Source: Candidatus Thorarchaeota archaeon (GTDB lineage Archaea > Asgardarchaeota > Thorarchaeia > Thorarchaeales > Thorarchaeaceae). From it: a DNA stretch of 64,000 nt. Positions 39,224 through 47,960 of this stretch are shown here, piece by piece. Every line of letters begins with the position of its first letter. Positions within the stretch are counted from its first letter, which is position 1. The translations under genes were made by a program, and so were the position numbers. The stretch spans positions 64,001 through 128,000 of the forward strand of contig JBHLQH010000007.1 in NCBI GenBank assembly GCA_048884965.1, read 5' to 3'. The notes under the pieces were generated by a model. It ran no database searches, had not been told where the DNA came from, and saw only the letters and a list, made by a program, of their open reading frames with translations.

Positions 39224-39454
39224 GACAGAGGCAGTACAGACTCCTTACCTAGAAAATCCTTCGTTTCTAGGACAACATATCCTAAGAGGTCACTTTTTTC
39301 TTGAACATATTGTAATACAAGTAATAGAGCAAGATCCGGGCCAATGCACCCCGCTCCGCATCTCCAGAGCATCCTTGGAATTTGGAACACGTGTTCTAAA
39401 CTCATAGAAGGTCACATAGAAAATGGGGGGCTCTGAAGTAATATGCTATGACTA

Positions 39455-40666
39455 CTAGCAGTAGATGTTACTTGGAGCAGTACCTTCACTACTTCGCTCT
39501 TTGACCTTCTGAACTGCCTTGCGGAAGTGATCATGCGTCACACAGGTCTGCCCATCTCTGATAGCGAACATACCCGCCTCTGTGCAGATGGCCTTGATAT
39601 CCGCACCAGTCAACTTCATCCTGTCTGATACTAATGTATCAAAGTTCACAGTGTCCTGGATGTTCATGCCGCGAGTGTGGATCTTGAATATCTCCTTCTG
39701 GCTTGTTGAGTCCGGGAATGGGAACTCGATGATACGATCGAATCGACCAGGTCTTAGAAGTGCAGGGTCTAGAATGTCTGGTCGGTTAGTAGCCCCAATA
39801 ATCGCAACCTGCCCGCGTGTCTCGAATCCGTCTAGCTCGCTCAAGAGCTGCATGAGGGTTCGCTGGACCTCTCGGTCTCCAGATGTCGCGATATCAAGTC
39901 GATGGGAACCGACAGCATCAAGCTCGTCAACGAAGACGATAGCCGGTGCTTTCTCCTTGGCCATCATGAAGATCTCCCTGACCAATCGTGCGCCTTCACC
40001 AATGAACTTCTGAACTAGCTCTGAACCGATGACTCGAATGAAGGTGGCCTTAGTCTCATGAGCCACTGCTCGTGCGCTCAAAGTCTTACCCGTACCTGGA
40101 GGTCCAGTCAAAAGCACACCCTTTGGTGGCTCGATGCCTACCTGCTCGAAGAGCTCGGGACTGTTAAGGGGTAGTTCCACGGTCTCTCGAATCTCCCGGA
40201 GCTGATCATGTAAACCGCCGATGTCTGAGTAGCTGACTTGTGGTGCTTCCTCTATCTCCATGGCGCGAATCATTGGGTCTCGCGATGGAGGTAGCTCCTG
40301 CGTGACTGCAAAAGAGCGTTGATTGAGTGCTACTCGGGCTCCAGGCTGTAGCTTATCCCGTGGTATGCTTGATGAAACATGAGTGACGAAGGTTGGCCCA
40401 GTAGATGACTTGACTATTGCGCGCCCATCTTCCAAGATCTCAGAAATCGTCGCTGTGATGAGAGGACTCTGACGGAGCTTCTCAAGCTCGGTTCGCAGTG
40501 TCTGGGTTTCCTTCTCTAGTCGGCCTCGTTCTGCCTGAAGGATCTGGCGCTCTGTTTCCAGCGCTCGTAGCCTGCGTTCCAGATGGCGAGTATAGCTCTG
40601 CGAGTAGGTCTCGTCTTCGCTTTCGACTTCGCCTTCCTTCTTTGATTCGGTTCCACCAGGCATCAT
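39455..40666 (-). CDS. pan: Proteasome-activating nucleotidase
   Basis: Coiled coil, OB domain, GPPGTGKT, DPALLRPGRFDR, C-terminal HbYX (IYC). Confidence 0.95.
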   Translation of the reverse strand: MMPGGTESKKEGEVESEDETYSQSYTRHLERRLRALETERQILQAERGRLEKETQTLRTELEKLRQSPLITATISEILEDGRAIVKSSTGPTFVTHVSSSIPRDKLQPGARVALNQRSFAVTQELPPSRDPMIRAMEIEEAPQVSYSDIGGLHDQLREIRETVELPLNSPELFEQVGIEPPKGVLLTGPPGTGKTLSARAVAHETKATFIRVIGSELVQKFIGEGARLVREIFMMAKEKAPAIVFVDELDAVGSHRLDIATSGDREVQRTLMQLLSELDGFETRGQVAIIGATNRPDILDPALLRPGRFDRIIEFPFPDSTSQKEIFKIHTRGMNIQDTVNFDTLVSDRMKLTGADIKAICTEAGMFAIRDGQTCVTHDHFRKAVQKVKERSSEGTAPSNIYC

Positions 40667-41319
40667 TAGGCACCTCAGCTTCTAATCCGTTGTTAGTTAC
40701 TTAAGCATATCTTTAATGGTCATTCTTAGATTGTACTATGTAAGTAAATAATACTTGTAATACAATGGCGTACGTTCAGAATCATCAAAATCTCTATTGT
40801 ATCTCCATACATTTGGCTTTCCGAAATCGATTATTCTCGGACATGTTCAGTTTCTCCTCTCTGAATCAGTAAAGACGCCATAGAGATACAGATTCTTGAA
40901 AGTAACCCTTCAACGTTTATGTAAAATGCAGATGCATCTAACGCCATTCTAACAGATCAATATAGTTACTTAGAGTCACACTGAAACTTTCCTACGTGCG
41001 AGAAGCAGAGATTTCGCTTATACCTTTGATCTTAGTCAAGCAGCCCTAACCGCTATTTACCATTATATTATCTTTGAATATCAAATACTATTTCATGAAA
41101 CGGAGTCAGATTCTATCGTGGTTTGTTCTTATTTTGCTATTTAAACCACTTCGACAATTGACTTGCGTTTTCTCGCTATTTTGCTAGTTGTGTACACTTT
41201 CAGCTCGTCTTTCTGACAAGGGAAAATCCGCGAAACTAACAGCTCGAAACATGTACTATGATTCAGAAAAACCGGATGAAAACCTCCGGAATTGACATTT
41301 GAAAGGAGAAAGAACGACA

Positions 41320-41433
41320 ATGATTTCAAATCTATTGATACCCCCATTCCGTGATGAACCAGAACAAGAACCAGAGCCTTTTATCTTCACTATTCCTCCT
41401 GGTGGATCCAATCCCCCGGATGAGCCATTCTAA
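41320..41433 (+). CDS. Putative 37-aa Pro/acidic small peptide
   Basis: AAGGAG upstream; MISNLLIPPFRDEPEQEPEPFIFTIPPGGSNPPDEPF*; hairpin immediately downstream. Confidence 0.4.
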   Translation: MISNLLIPPFRDEPEQEPEPFIFTIPPGGSNPPDEPF

Positions 41434-41448
41434 ACAAGAATCCCTGTG

Positions 41449-41478
41449 TAGAATTCTGGAAATTTCTCCAGAATTCTA
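41449..41478. terminator. 12-bp perfect inverted repeat (hairpin)
   Basis: TAGAATTCTGGA-AATTTC-TCCAGAATTCTA. Confidence 0.45.
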
Positions 41479-41548
41479 TCCCCACTTATTTTCATATCCT
41501 ACCATCGTTTGAAACGATAACTCCATTTAGGTGCATTCAATTCTATAG

Positions 41549-43600
41549 ATGGGTGCTACATTGAACCATCTACGAAACATTAGGAAGATTTGGCTACCTG
41601 ATGGATCATGTCAAAGTGGAGATTTGGCTTATGATGATGGAAGAATAGTAGTATCATTGGATGGACTTGATGGTATATTTAGCCAAGAAGAAAATCTGAT
41701 CCTAGAGATGGATACGATTATTGTTATCGGTGATAATGGTATTTCAAGAGAAACATCTCTGAGAAGACCAATTCGTGTGAAGCTAGCTCCAAAATTCTTA
41801 GGGAAGAAAACCTATTCCAAGGAGGCAAAAGAGGATGAGTTCGACATATATCCAGAGTCAAGCTATCGGTTTTATGGCAAGCTTGTTCGAGGAAAACAGA
41901 TAGCGATTTTTCTTGTGCAGGAAATCCTTGATGATAACCGCCTATGGCTGACGATATTCGATCCACAAACATATGAAATTCACCAAAGTCACCCAATCCA
42001 CTTGTATGAGTTTGATGTAATACGATTGAAGACATTCTACGAACTGTACTCCGAATACACCTCAGCTTTCAAACCAAAGAACCCTCAGAAAGCTAAATCA
42101 GAGATTTGTAATCTCATAGATATCTCTCAGATATCTTGGTCTGAAATTACAAACATGACACAAGGAATAATCCCATCAACATTTCTGATGACACACAATG
42201 CCAAGGGTCTATTTGGTCAACTATTTCCAATACAAATCTTTCAAGATGAAGTTAGGGATCAACTCCTTGCCTTTCTTACTTGGGTCGCAAAAGATTTACT
42301 TCCTAAGGATGACATTGTAGAATTCATTGAACGCACGATGGCCGTACCTTTATTCAGGGATTTGTATATTGCACATCTTCGCTTCGTATTGAATGACATA
42401 ACTCCTCCAAACTATATTGATATTATTAATGACTCAATTGAGAGATTCACGACCAGTTCGAAATCAGTCGAAGAAAGAGTTCGGTGGAATCCAGATTTTA
42501 TCTTGAGAGATCGAATTGAGAGTCTGTCACCAAACAACCAAGATGAAATAACCAGCATTATCAGATCGCTAAATAGATCGAACACCATTCACACAACATT
42601 GCCTATACAAAAAGAAAAGGGGATGGACTATGAAGCAACACGCAAGCGTTTGATAATGTATGATATGTATATACGTCTAAGAACACATGTGAGAACTAGG
42701 GCTCTTGGTCTCAGAGAGCTCATATATATCGGATCTGCATATAGATGGCCTACGCTACATACAGCATCATCAATCCGATTAGGAGCTTCTGATTCTCCTG
42801 CTCCATATATGCAATCCATGATAATGCCAGTTTCAGCAGCAGAACAAGTAAAAAGAGTTCTACCAAAAGTTTTGGATATTGAATGGGCTTCACATTCGAT
42901 AAACATGCAATTGTATAATCAATCAGAAAGCAAATGGACAATTAATCCAAATAGAATTAGCGAGTCTTTTTCCAGAAAGAAATCACTAAAAGATTTGATG
43001 GATGAATTTGGCGTTTGGAAGGGCGATACCACTTATTTTCCAGATGAAAAAGAGGTTAGAATTCTAGATATGACAAGCAATATGTTCTATCTGTCTGACT
43101 TGGAGTCAGAAACAGGACGAGAGTATTGGCAGACTGACGAAAATGAGAGCAAGGCAATTCTTTCTAAATTGAGAAACAATGGCATAATCGACATCTCATA
43201 TTGGTACGATTTCAAGCAATCACTATCACCAGTTTATGTTTCACTTAGAGGGCCCGAGAACATAGTATGTTCAATTACATACAGTCTCTTGAAAGATGTT
43301 CCCACATCATTGGTGCGAATTACTGACAGGGGCAAAGTGGCCTTGATAGCTTCCAGAGTACCCCCCGAATACAAATCGGTATTCTTTGATACTATTCAAG
43401 AAAACTCAAAAAACACCGATTTGGTGATGCAATGCTCAGAAGTATCAGGCCATCGAAACTATACAACAGATTTGTATCAACGTCTCAGATGCAGTGACGA
43501 TACTTGGAACTCCGATATTACAGGACTTCTTTCACAAATAAGGTCATTACCGAAGACCCTCTTGGATGAGATTACAGCTGAAATTAGCCAATCTAGATAG
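41549..43600 (+). CDS. Hypothetical protein, possible C-terminal HTH/regulatory region
   Basis: 683-aa ORF; no family recognised. Confidence 0.6.
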   Translation: MGATLNHLRNIRKIWLPDGSCQSGDLAYDDGRIVVSLDGLDGIFSQEENLILEMDTIIVIGDNGISRETSLRRPIRVKLAPKFLGKKTYSKEAKEDEFDIYPESSYRFYGKLVRGKQIAIFLVQEILDDNRLWLTIFDPQTYEIHQSHPIHLYEFDVIRLKTFYELYSEYTSAFKPKNPQKAKSEICNLIDISQISWSEITNMTQGIIPSTFLMTHNAKGLFGQLFPIQIFQDEVRDQLLAFLTWVAKDLLPKDDIVEFIERTMAVPLFRDLYIAHLRFVLNDITPPNYIDIINDSIERFTTSSKSVEERVRWNPDFILRDRIESLSPNNQDEITSIIRSLNRSNTIHTTLPIQKEKGMDYEATRKRLIMYDMYIRLRTHVRTRALGLRELIYIGSAYRWPTLHTASSIRLGASDSPAPYMQSMIMPVSAAEQVKRVLPKVLDIEWASHSINMQLYNQSESKWTINPNRISESFSRKKSLKDLMDEFGVWKGDTTYFPDEKEVRILDMTSNMFYLSDLESETGREYWQTDENESKAILSKLRNNGIIDISYWYDFKQSLSPVYVSLRGPENIVCSITYSLLKDVPTSLVRITDRGKVALIASRVPPEYKSVFFDTIQENSKNTDLVMQCSEVSGHRNYTTDLYQRLRCSDDTWNSDITGLLSQIRSLPKTLLDEITAEISQSR

Positions 43601-43604
43601 GGTT

Positions 43605-44300
43605 TCATTTCAACATGTATGACCCGTTTTCGGTTCCAATATGCACCTCATCCGTCATTCCAATAAATAGACCCGTTTCGACCACACCAGGAATCATCTT
43701 CAGATCCACTGCGACCTTCGCAGGGTCCTTGATAGGCGCTGGAAACTTGAGATCGAGTAGAAAATTCCCATTGTCAGTCACCACTGGTCCCATCTTCTTC
43801 TGTGCCATCCTGACTGTCGGTGTGATTCCCATCTCTGTGATCTTTCGCTTCACGACGCCAAGCGCGAAGGGCAACACCTCGATAGGAATCTCGAACCTTG
43901 TCGCAAGATGCTCCACCAACTTCGACTCGTCCACGATGATAATGAGCTTTTCCGAGGCAGAGGCTACTACCTTCTCCTGAAAGAGTGCACCACCACCGCC
44001 CTTGGTAAGATTCAGGTCCTTGTCAACCTCATCCGCGCCATCCACTGTCATGAGCAAGGATGGGTTGATGTCAAGGTTGGTCAGGGGTATCTCATACTCG
44101 ACAGCGAGCTGGTATGCTTGATAGGAACTTGGTACCACACTGACATCCACCTCACCTTCAGCGATCTGTCGTCCAAGCTCCTTGGCGAAGATGGCGACGG
44201 TGGATCCACTACCCAACCCGATTGCCCCACTCTTGGGAATCAACGGGATGACACTCTTGGCTGCATTCAGTTTTGCGTTCGACATGATGAAAGGTCTCAC
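43605..44300 (-). CDS. rpiA: Ribose-5-phosphate isomerase A
   Basis: GLGSGST, DGADEVD, KGGGGAL, TDNGN. Confidence 0.95.
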   Translation of the reverse strand: MRPFIMSNAKLNAAKSVIPLIPKSGAIGLGSGSTVAIFAKELGRQIAEGEVDVSVVPSSYQAYQLAVEYEIPLTNLDINPSLLMTVDGADEVDKDLNLTKGGGGALFQEKVVASASEKLIIIVDESKLVEHLATRFEIPIEVLPFALGVVKRKITEMGITPTVRMAQKKMGPVVTDNGNFLLDLKFPAPIKDPAKVAVDLKMIPGVVETGLFIGMTDEVHIGTENGSYMLK

Positions 44301-44386
44301 AGAGCTGCTATGTCAAGAGAGTCTGACTCACTCAAAAATCCTTTCCAAGGAGAGCGAGGCGAAAAAACAGGTGGGGTGGGAGGTCT

Positions 44387-44599
44387 CTAAGCAGTGGTGT
44401 AGGGTAATTCATCTCGTGTGGGGATTGTCGCTCTCGCTCTCCAATAGACAGCCCATCTACTATCAGGCGTCTTTGAGATAACAACACAACGGGTTTCTTT
44501 CATAGTCCTTGCAAGAAGTACGGCGTCATGTCCATTCACGAATACCTCTGCGAGTCGATAGAGGTGTCCACCGATGTAACGCCACTTCTTGACGGTCAT
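44387..44599 (-). CDS. Small hypothetical protein
   Basis: 70-aa ORF in an otherwise empty gap, with TATA-like TTAATAA upstream. Confidence 0.45.
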   Translation of the reverse strand: MTVKKWRYIGGHLYRLAEVFVNGHDAVLLARTMKETRCVVISKTPDSRWAVYWRARATIPTRDELPYTTA

Positions 44600-44718
44600 A
44601 CTAGTACGTTATGTTCTTTCACTTATTAACCCCGAAAAGAAAGTACTGTGTAAAACTGCGATGCACAATCGAACATAATCTGTCAAAGAATGCAAAAAAG
44701 AAGGAAGGAGGGACTTAC

Positions 44719-45783
44719 TTAGTCCCCACTCATGAGTGCCTTGAGACGCTCCATCTCTGCGAGCATCTCTGACTGAAGGGAGCTTTTTCCGCCTGCAGCG
44801 GGTGCTCCACCTGGCGCTCCGCCGCTGGGAGCTGCACCTCCAGGGGGTCCTCCACTTGGCGCTCCGCCTGGAGGTCCACCACCAGGAGCTGTGCCTCCAG
44901 GAGGTCCTCCACCTGGTGCTCCACCTGAGGGTATGGATCCTCCGGGAGGTCCGCCGCCAGGAGCTGCTCCGCCAGGAGGTCCACCGCCTGGGGGTCCGCC
45001 ACCAGGTGGCCCGCCGCCGGGAGCTGCCCCTCCAGGTGGACCACCACCAGGTGGCCCGCCGCCGGGAGGTCCTCCACTAGGAACGGCTCCACCAGGGGGT
45101 CCGCCACCAGGAGCCGCCCCTCCGGGCGGTCCACCCGAAGGCGCAACAGCTGCAGTAGTAGCAGCAGGTCCAGTGCCAGTCGCACTAGGCATGCCAACAC
45201 TGCTTGGGCCAGCGGCCTCAGTATCAGCTTCTACTTCAGTGCCTGACATGGCTGCCAATTTCTTTAGATAATCAGAACGAGCTCTATCAATACCCTCATC
45301 TACAGCAACAATCTCCTTTAGCTCATCATCTTTCGCGACTGCTCCACGAACAGATTCGAGTCGTACTTGATAGGTAGCGATGAGCTTGTCCTTCATTGAC
45401 TCATCGATCTCACCCTGTTGAGCATAGTAATCGATAGCAGATATTGCCTGTTGAATTGCATTCTCTTCGACCTTGAGGAAGACAAGGGCATCTCCAGCTT
45501 TCTTGAGATACTTTAGCTTCTTAGCGCCGGCTACCCCGCCAGAAACATCTCCTGTAGATGCGATAATCCTCTGAATAGCCTCAGTGACACTTGCACTACC
45601 GCCGCCTCCGGAACGACGGGCTCGGACTACTAAAACAAGAATTATGACTACCAAGGGTGTAGTGATTGTGATAACAAACCAAGCCATCCATCCAAAAGGG
45701 ATTCCTAGTGGATAGAAGAAGTTCTGAAGGGGCATGAATATACTTTCTATGAATCGTACGAAGTCAAGATAGGGGCTTTGCAA
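44719..45783 (-). CDS. Membrane-anchored Gly/Pro-repeat protein
   Basis: N-terminal TM, helical domain, about 120 aa of GGPPG/GGAAPG repeats, amphipathic C-terminal helix. Confidence 0.75.
   Translation of the reverse strand: MQSPYLDFVRFIESIFMPLQNFFYPLGIPFGWMAWFVITITTPLVVIILVLVVRARRSGGGGSASVTEAIQRIIASTGDVSGGVAGAKKLKYLKKAGDALVFLKVEENAIQQAISAIDYYAQQGEIDESMKDKLIATYQVRLESVRGAVAKDDELKEIVAVDEGIDRARSDYLKKLAAMSGTEVEADTEAAGPSSVGMPSATGTGPAATTAAVAPSGGPPGGAAPGGGPPGGAVPSGGPPGGGPPGGGPPGGAAPGGGPPGGGPPGGGPPGGAAPGGGPPGGSIPSGGAPGGGPPGGTAPGGGPPGGAPSGGPPGGAAPSGGAPGGAPAAGGKSSLQSEMLAEMERLKALMSGD
44805..45140 (-). repeat. GC-rich 15-bp-unit coding tandem repeat (GGPPG/GAAPG)
   Basis: Degenerate pentapeptide repeats within the preceding CDS. 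Confidence 0.85.
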
Positions 45784-46035
45784 TTTGTTTCACCTACTAA
45801 TATGTCACCTTGGTATATAGGTTCAGTCCTGTCTACGCTATTTTAGCTTTCTCGTAGGCATTAGGAGTTTGTATTACACGTGCAAGCGTAATGCGGCTAA
45901 TACCTTCGGCTATTTTCTTCAAGCATTATTGGACACAACACCTCTTAAACGTGTTCTCCCATGACCAAGCCTTTCCTTACACGCTAGGTTTGCTTAAATC
46001 ATCTTGTTAGTACGTGGCTATGAAGGTGAGAATAA

Positions 46036-46578
46036 GTGACTCTACTAGACCCATCTCTTGAATTCTATGTCATGCATGAGAAGTCATGGAAATTCGGTGG
46101 TGGAGACATCTACGATCCACAAGGTCAGAAAATTGGCGCTATGAAGAGGAAGTTGATCTCCATGCGCGCCGAGATCCTACTGGAGGACGCAGATGGAACC
46201 CCGCTATGTATAATCAATAAGAAGCTGGTGAGCGCTCGTCCAATCTATGATGTGAAGACTCCAGATGGCGAGCTCATTGGCAGAGGAAAACGACCAATGG
46301 TCGCCCTTCGAGGCTCAGTAGATATGTACGATGCTGATGATAAGATGATCTACAAGGCACAGGGCGGAGTGACCAAGTGGAACTTCACAATCACAGATCC
46401 CGATGATAAGAAGAAGGTCTATGCTGAGATCAAGAAGGGCGATAAGTGGAGGGACGTGTTCGCGAAGGCGTTCAGTTTCAAGGACAGGTATGTCATCCAT
46501 ATCCAGTCTCCAGATGCTCCCCGTCTGATGCTATTGGCATATGCAGTCATAATCGATAATGTATACCACGATAAGTAA
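46036..46578 (+). CDS. LURP-one/scramblase (Tubby C-terminal-like) protein
   Basis: K...FGGG..IYD..G, F.I.D, DRYVIHI, LLAYAVIID pattern. Confidence 0.75.
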   Translation: MTLLDPSLEFYVMHEKSWKFGGGDIYDPQGQKIGAMKRKLISMRAEILLEDADGTPLCIINKKLVSARPIYDVKTPDGELIGRGKRPMVALRGSVDMYDADDKMIYKAQGGVTKWNFTITDPDDKKKVYAEIKKGDKWRDVFAKAFSFKDRYVIHIQSPDAPRLMLLAYAVIIDNVYHDK

Positions 46579-46708
46579 GATTCGTGATTCAAGAAGAGTA
46601 CGATGAGTTGTCGTACTCACTTCTTCTTTTTCTGAGTTTAAATAACTTCACGATGATTGAATCTTGATATAGATTTCAATTTGGTATCGTTGACGGAGAG
46701 ATAAGTAG

Positions 46709-47389
46709 ATGCAATTCACCACCCTTGAGATTACCTTTTGGTCCGGTATTATCGCTGGAATAATCGCGATAATAGGAGGACTGTATCTTGTCAGTCTATG
46801 GAAGAATCAGAATACACGAATGTTGATGGATCTACCACTTGTCTTTGGGATCTCATTTGTAGTGCAGGGTGTGAACTTCTTCATACTCTCATCTATGAAT
46901 TATGGATATCTTCCTGATACCTTAGAGCTCTTCAGACTCAGGACCTTTGTGATTGCAGGCTCTATGTTCCCCTTTGTAGCGGTCATATTGGATATCTGGC
47001 TATCGAAATACAGGAGATACTTCAAGTACATCATGAGTGTTGCGATAGGATACTGGGTTGTAGTAACTCTCTTGGGAGAATCCTCCTCAATGATTATGAT
47101 CTTGGTAATGCCAATTCTTCTATTCGTGCTTCTGGGACTTGTGATAACTTTTGCAATCACATGGAGGACAAACCGCCTCAAGGAAGTAAGAAGCGGTCTC
47201 ATGGTCATAGCACTCGCATTTATCTTCACTAGCCAGATGACCAAGGTATCCCTCATGGCTATTGGTTTTAGCTTCATCGCAGATATGTTGACTGTGGTTG
47301 GGTCCGTGCTAGCTATCCTGGCTCTTACAAACCCCTGGAAGGAAAAGCAAAAGGAAACAAGATCAGAGATTCCAGAGATCTACGCGTGA
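46709..47389 (+). CDS. Multi-pass membrane protein (about 7 TM)
   Basis: Seven hydrophobic segments. Confidence 0.65.
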   Translation: MQFTTLEITFWSGIIAGIIAIIGGLYLVSLWKNQNTRMLMDLPLVFGISFVVQGVNFFILSSMNYGYLPDTLELFRLRTFVIAGSMFPFVAVILDIWLSKYRRYFKYIMSVAIGYWVVVTLLGESSSMIMILVMPILLFVLLGLVITFAITWRTNRLKEVRSGLMVIALAFIFTSQMTKVSLMAIGFSFIADMLTVVGSVLAILALTNPWKEKQKETRSEIPEIYA

Positions 47390-47481
47390 ACAAGCCTTCG
47401 GAGTGGCATCAAGTATGTAAAGGAAGTGCTTGATACTACTACGAAAACTCTATAATATGTTCAGTGTGTTCCAGCGGCCAA

Positions 47482-47622
47482 GCCTCGGTAGCTAAGTGGT
47501 CTAAGAGGTTGTGACTATTCTGAGTCACATCCTAGGAAGCGCCTGACTTGTACGTCAGATGACTACTGTCTCTTGATCAAGATATCAGGAGATCCCGAGT
47601 TCAAATCTCGGCCGGGGCTCCA
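47482..47622 (+). tRNA. tRNA-Thr(TGT) with two introns (D-arm ~23/24, 47506-47538; canonical 37/38, 47553-47583)
   Basis: GCCTCGG/CCGGGGC, U73, CCA; CCTGA-CT-TGT-A|A-TCAGG; central helices TCTA/TAGG and CTTG/CAAG. Confidence 0.9.
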
Positions 47623-47661
47623 ATTTGTTCTAAAGACTGCCATATGACAAATCTATCCTAA

Positions 47662-47955
47662 TCAGATGTACATCTGAGCTATTATCCAGTAGATTATCAG
47701 AGACACTATCAGCCCGATGACTGCAATCGCTTGAAATGACTTCTTCTGGGTCTTGTGACGGAAACGATACATTCCTGCAAAGATTCCTACCGCCCCGCCG
47801 ATAATCCCAATCATATGCAAGGTTGCCTCTGCAACACGCCATTCTTGCTTCGATGCCTTCCACTTGTCCCACCACATAGCGATGAACGCGATGAGATTGA
47901 TTGAGAGTACGTATATAATTGGTATCCAATAGATGATCGTTTCGATTGTTTGCAT
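47662..47955 (-). CDS. DUF1294 family membrane protein
   Basis: DKWKA...WRVAEATL...GGAVG...FRHKTQK. Confidence 0.88.
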   Translation of the reverse strand: MQTIETIIYWIPIIYVLSINLIAFIAMWWDKWKASKQEWRVAEATLHMIGIIGGAVGIFAGMYRFRHKTQKKSFQAIAVIGLIVSLIIYWIIAQMYI

Positions 47956-47960
47956 TAGTT

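Larger units (their letters stand above)
25313..39400. repeat. Dispersed palindrome family B (GAACACGTGTTC)
   Basis: Exact copies at 25636, 25892, 39385; one-mismatch copies at 25313 and 25688. Confidence 0.85.

Noticed and set aside
44730-45271. Alternative-frame ORFs over the Gly/Pro repeat
   Set aside because: By-product of a GC-rich repeat lacking stop codons
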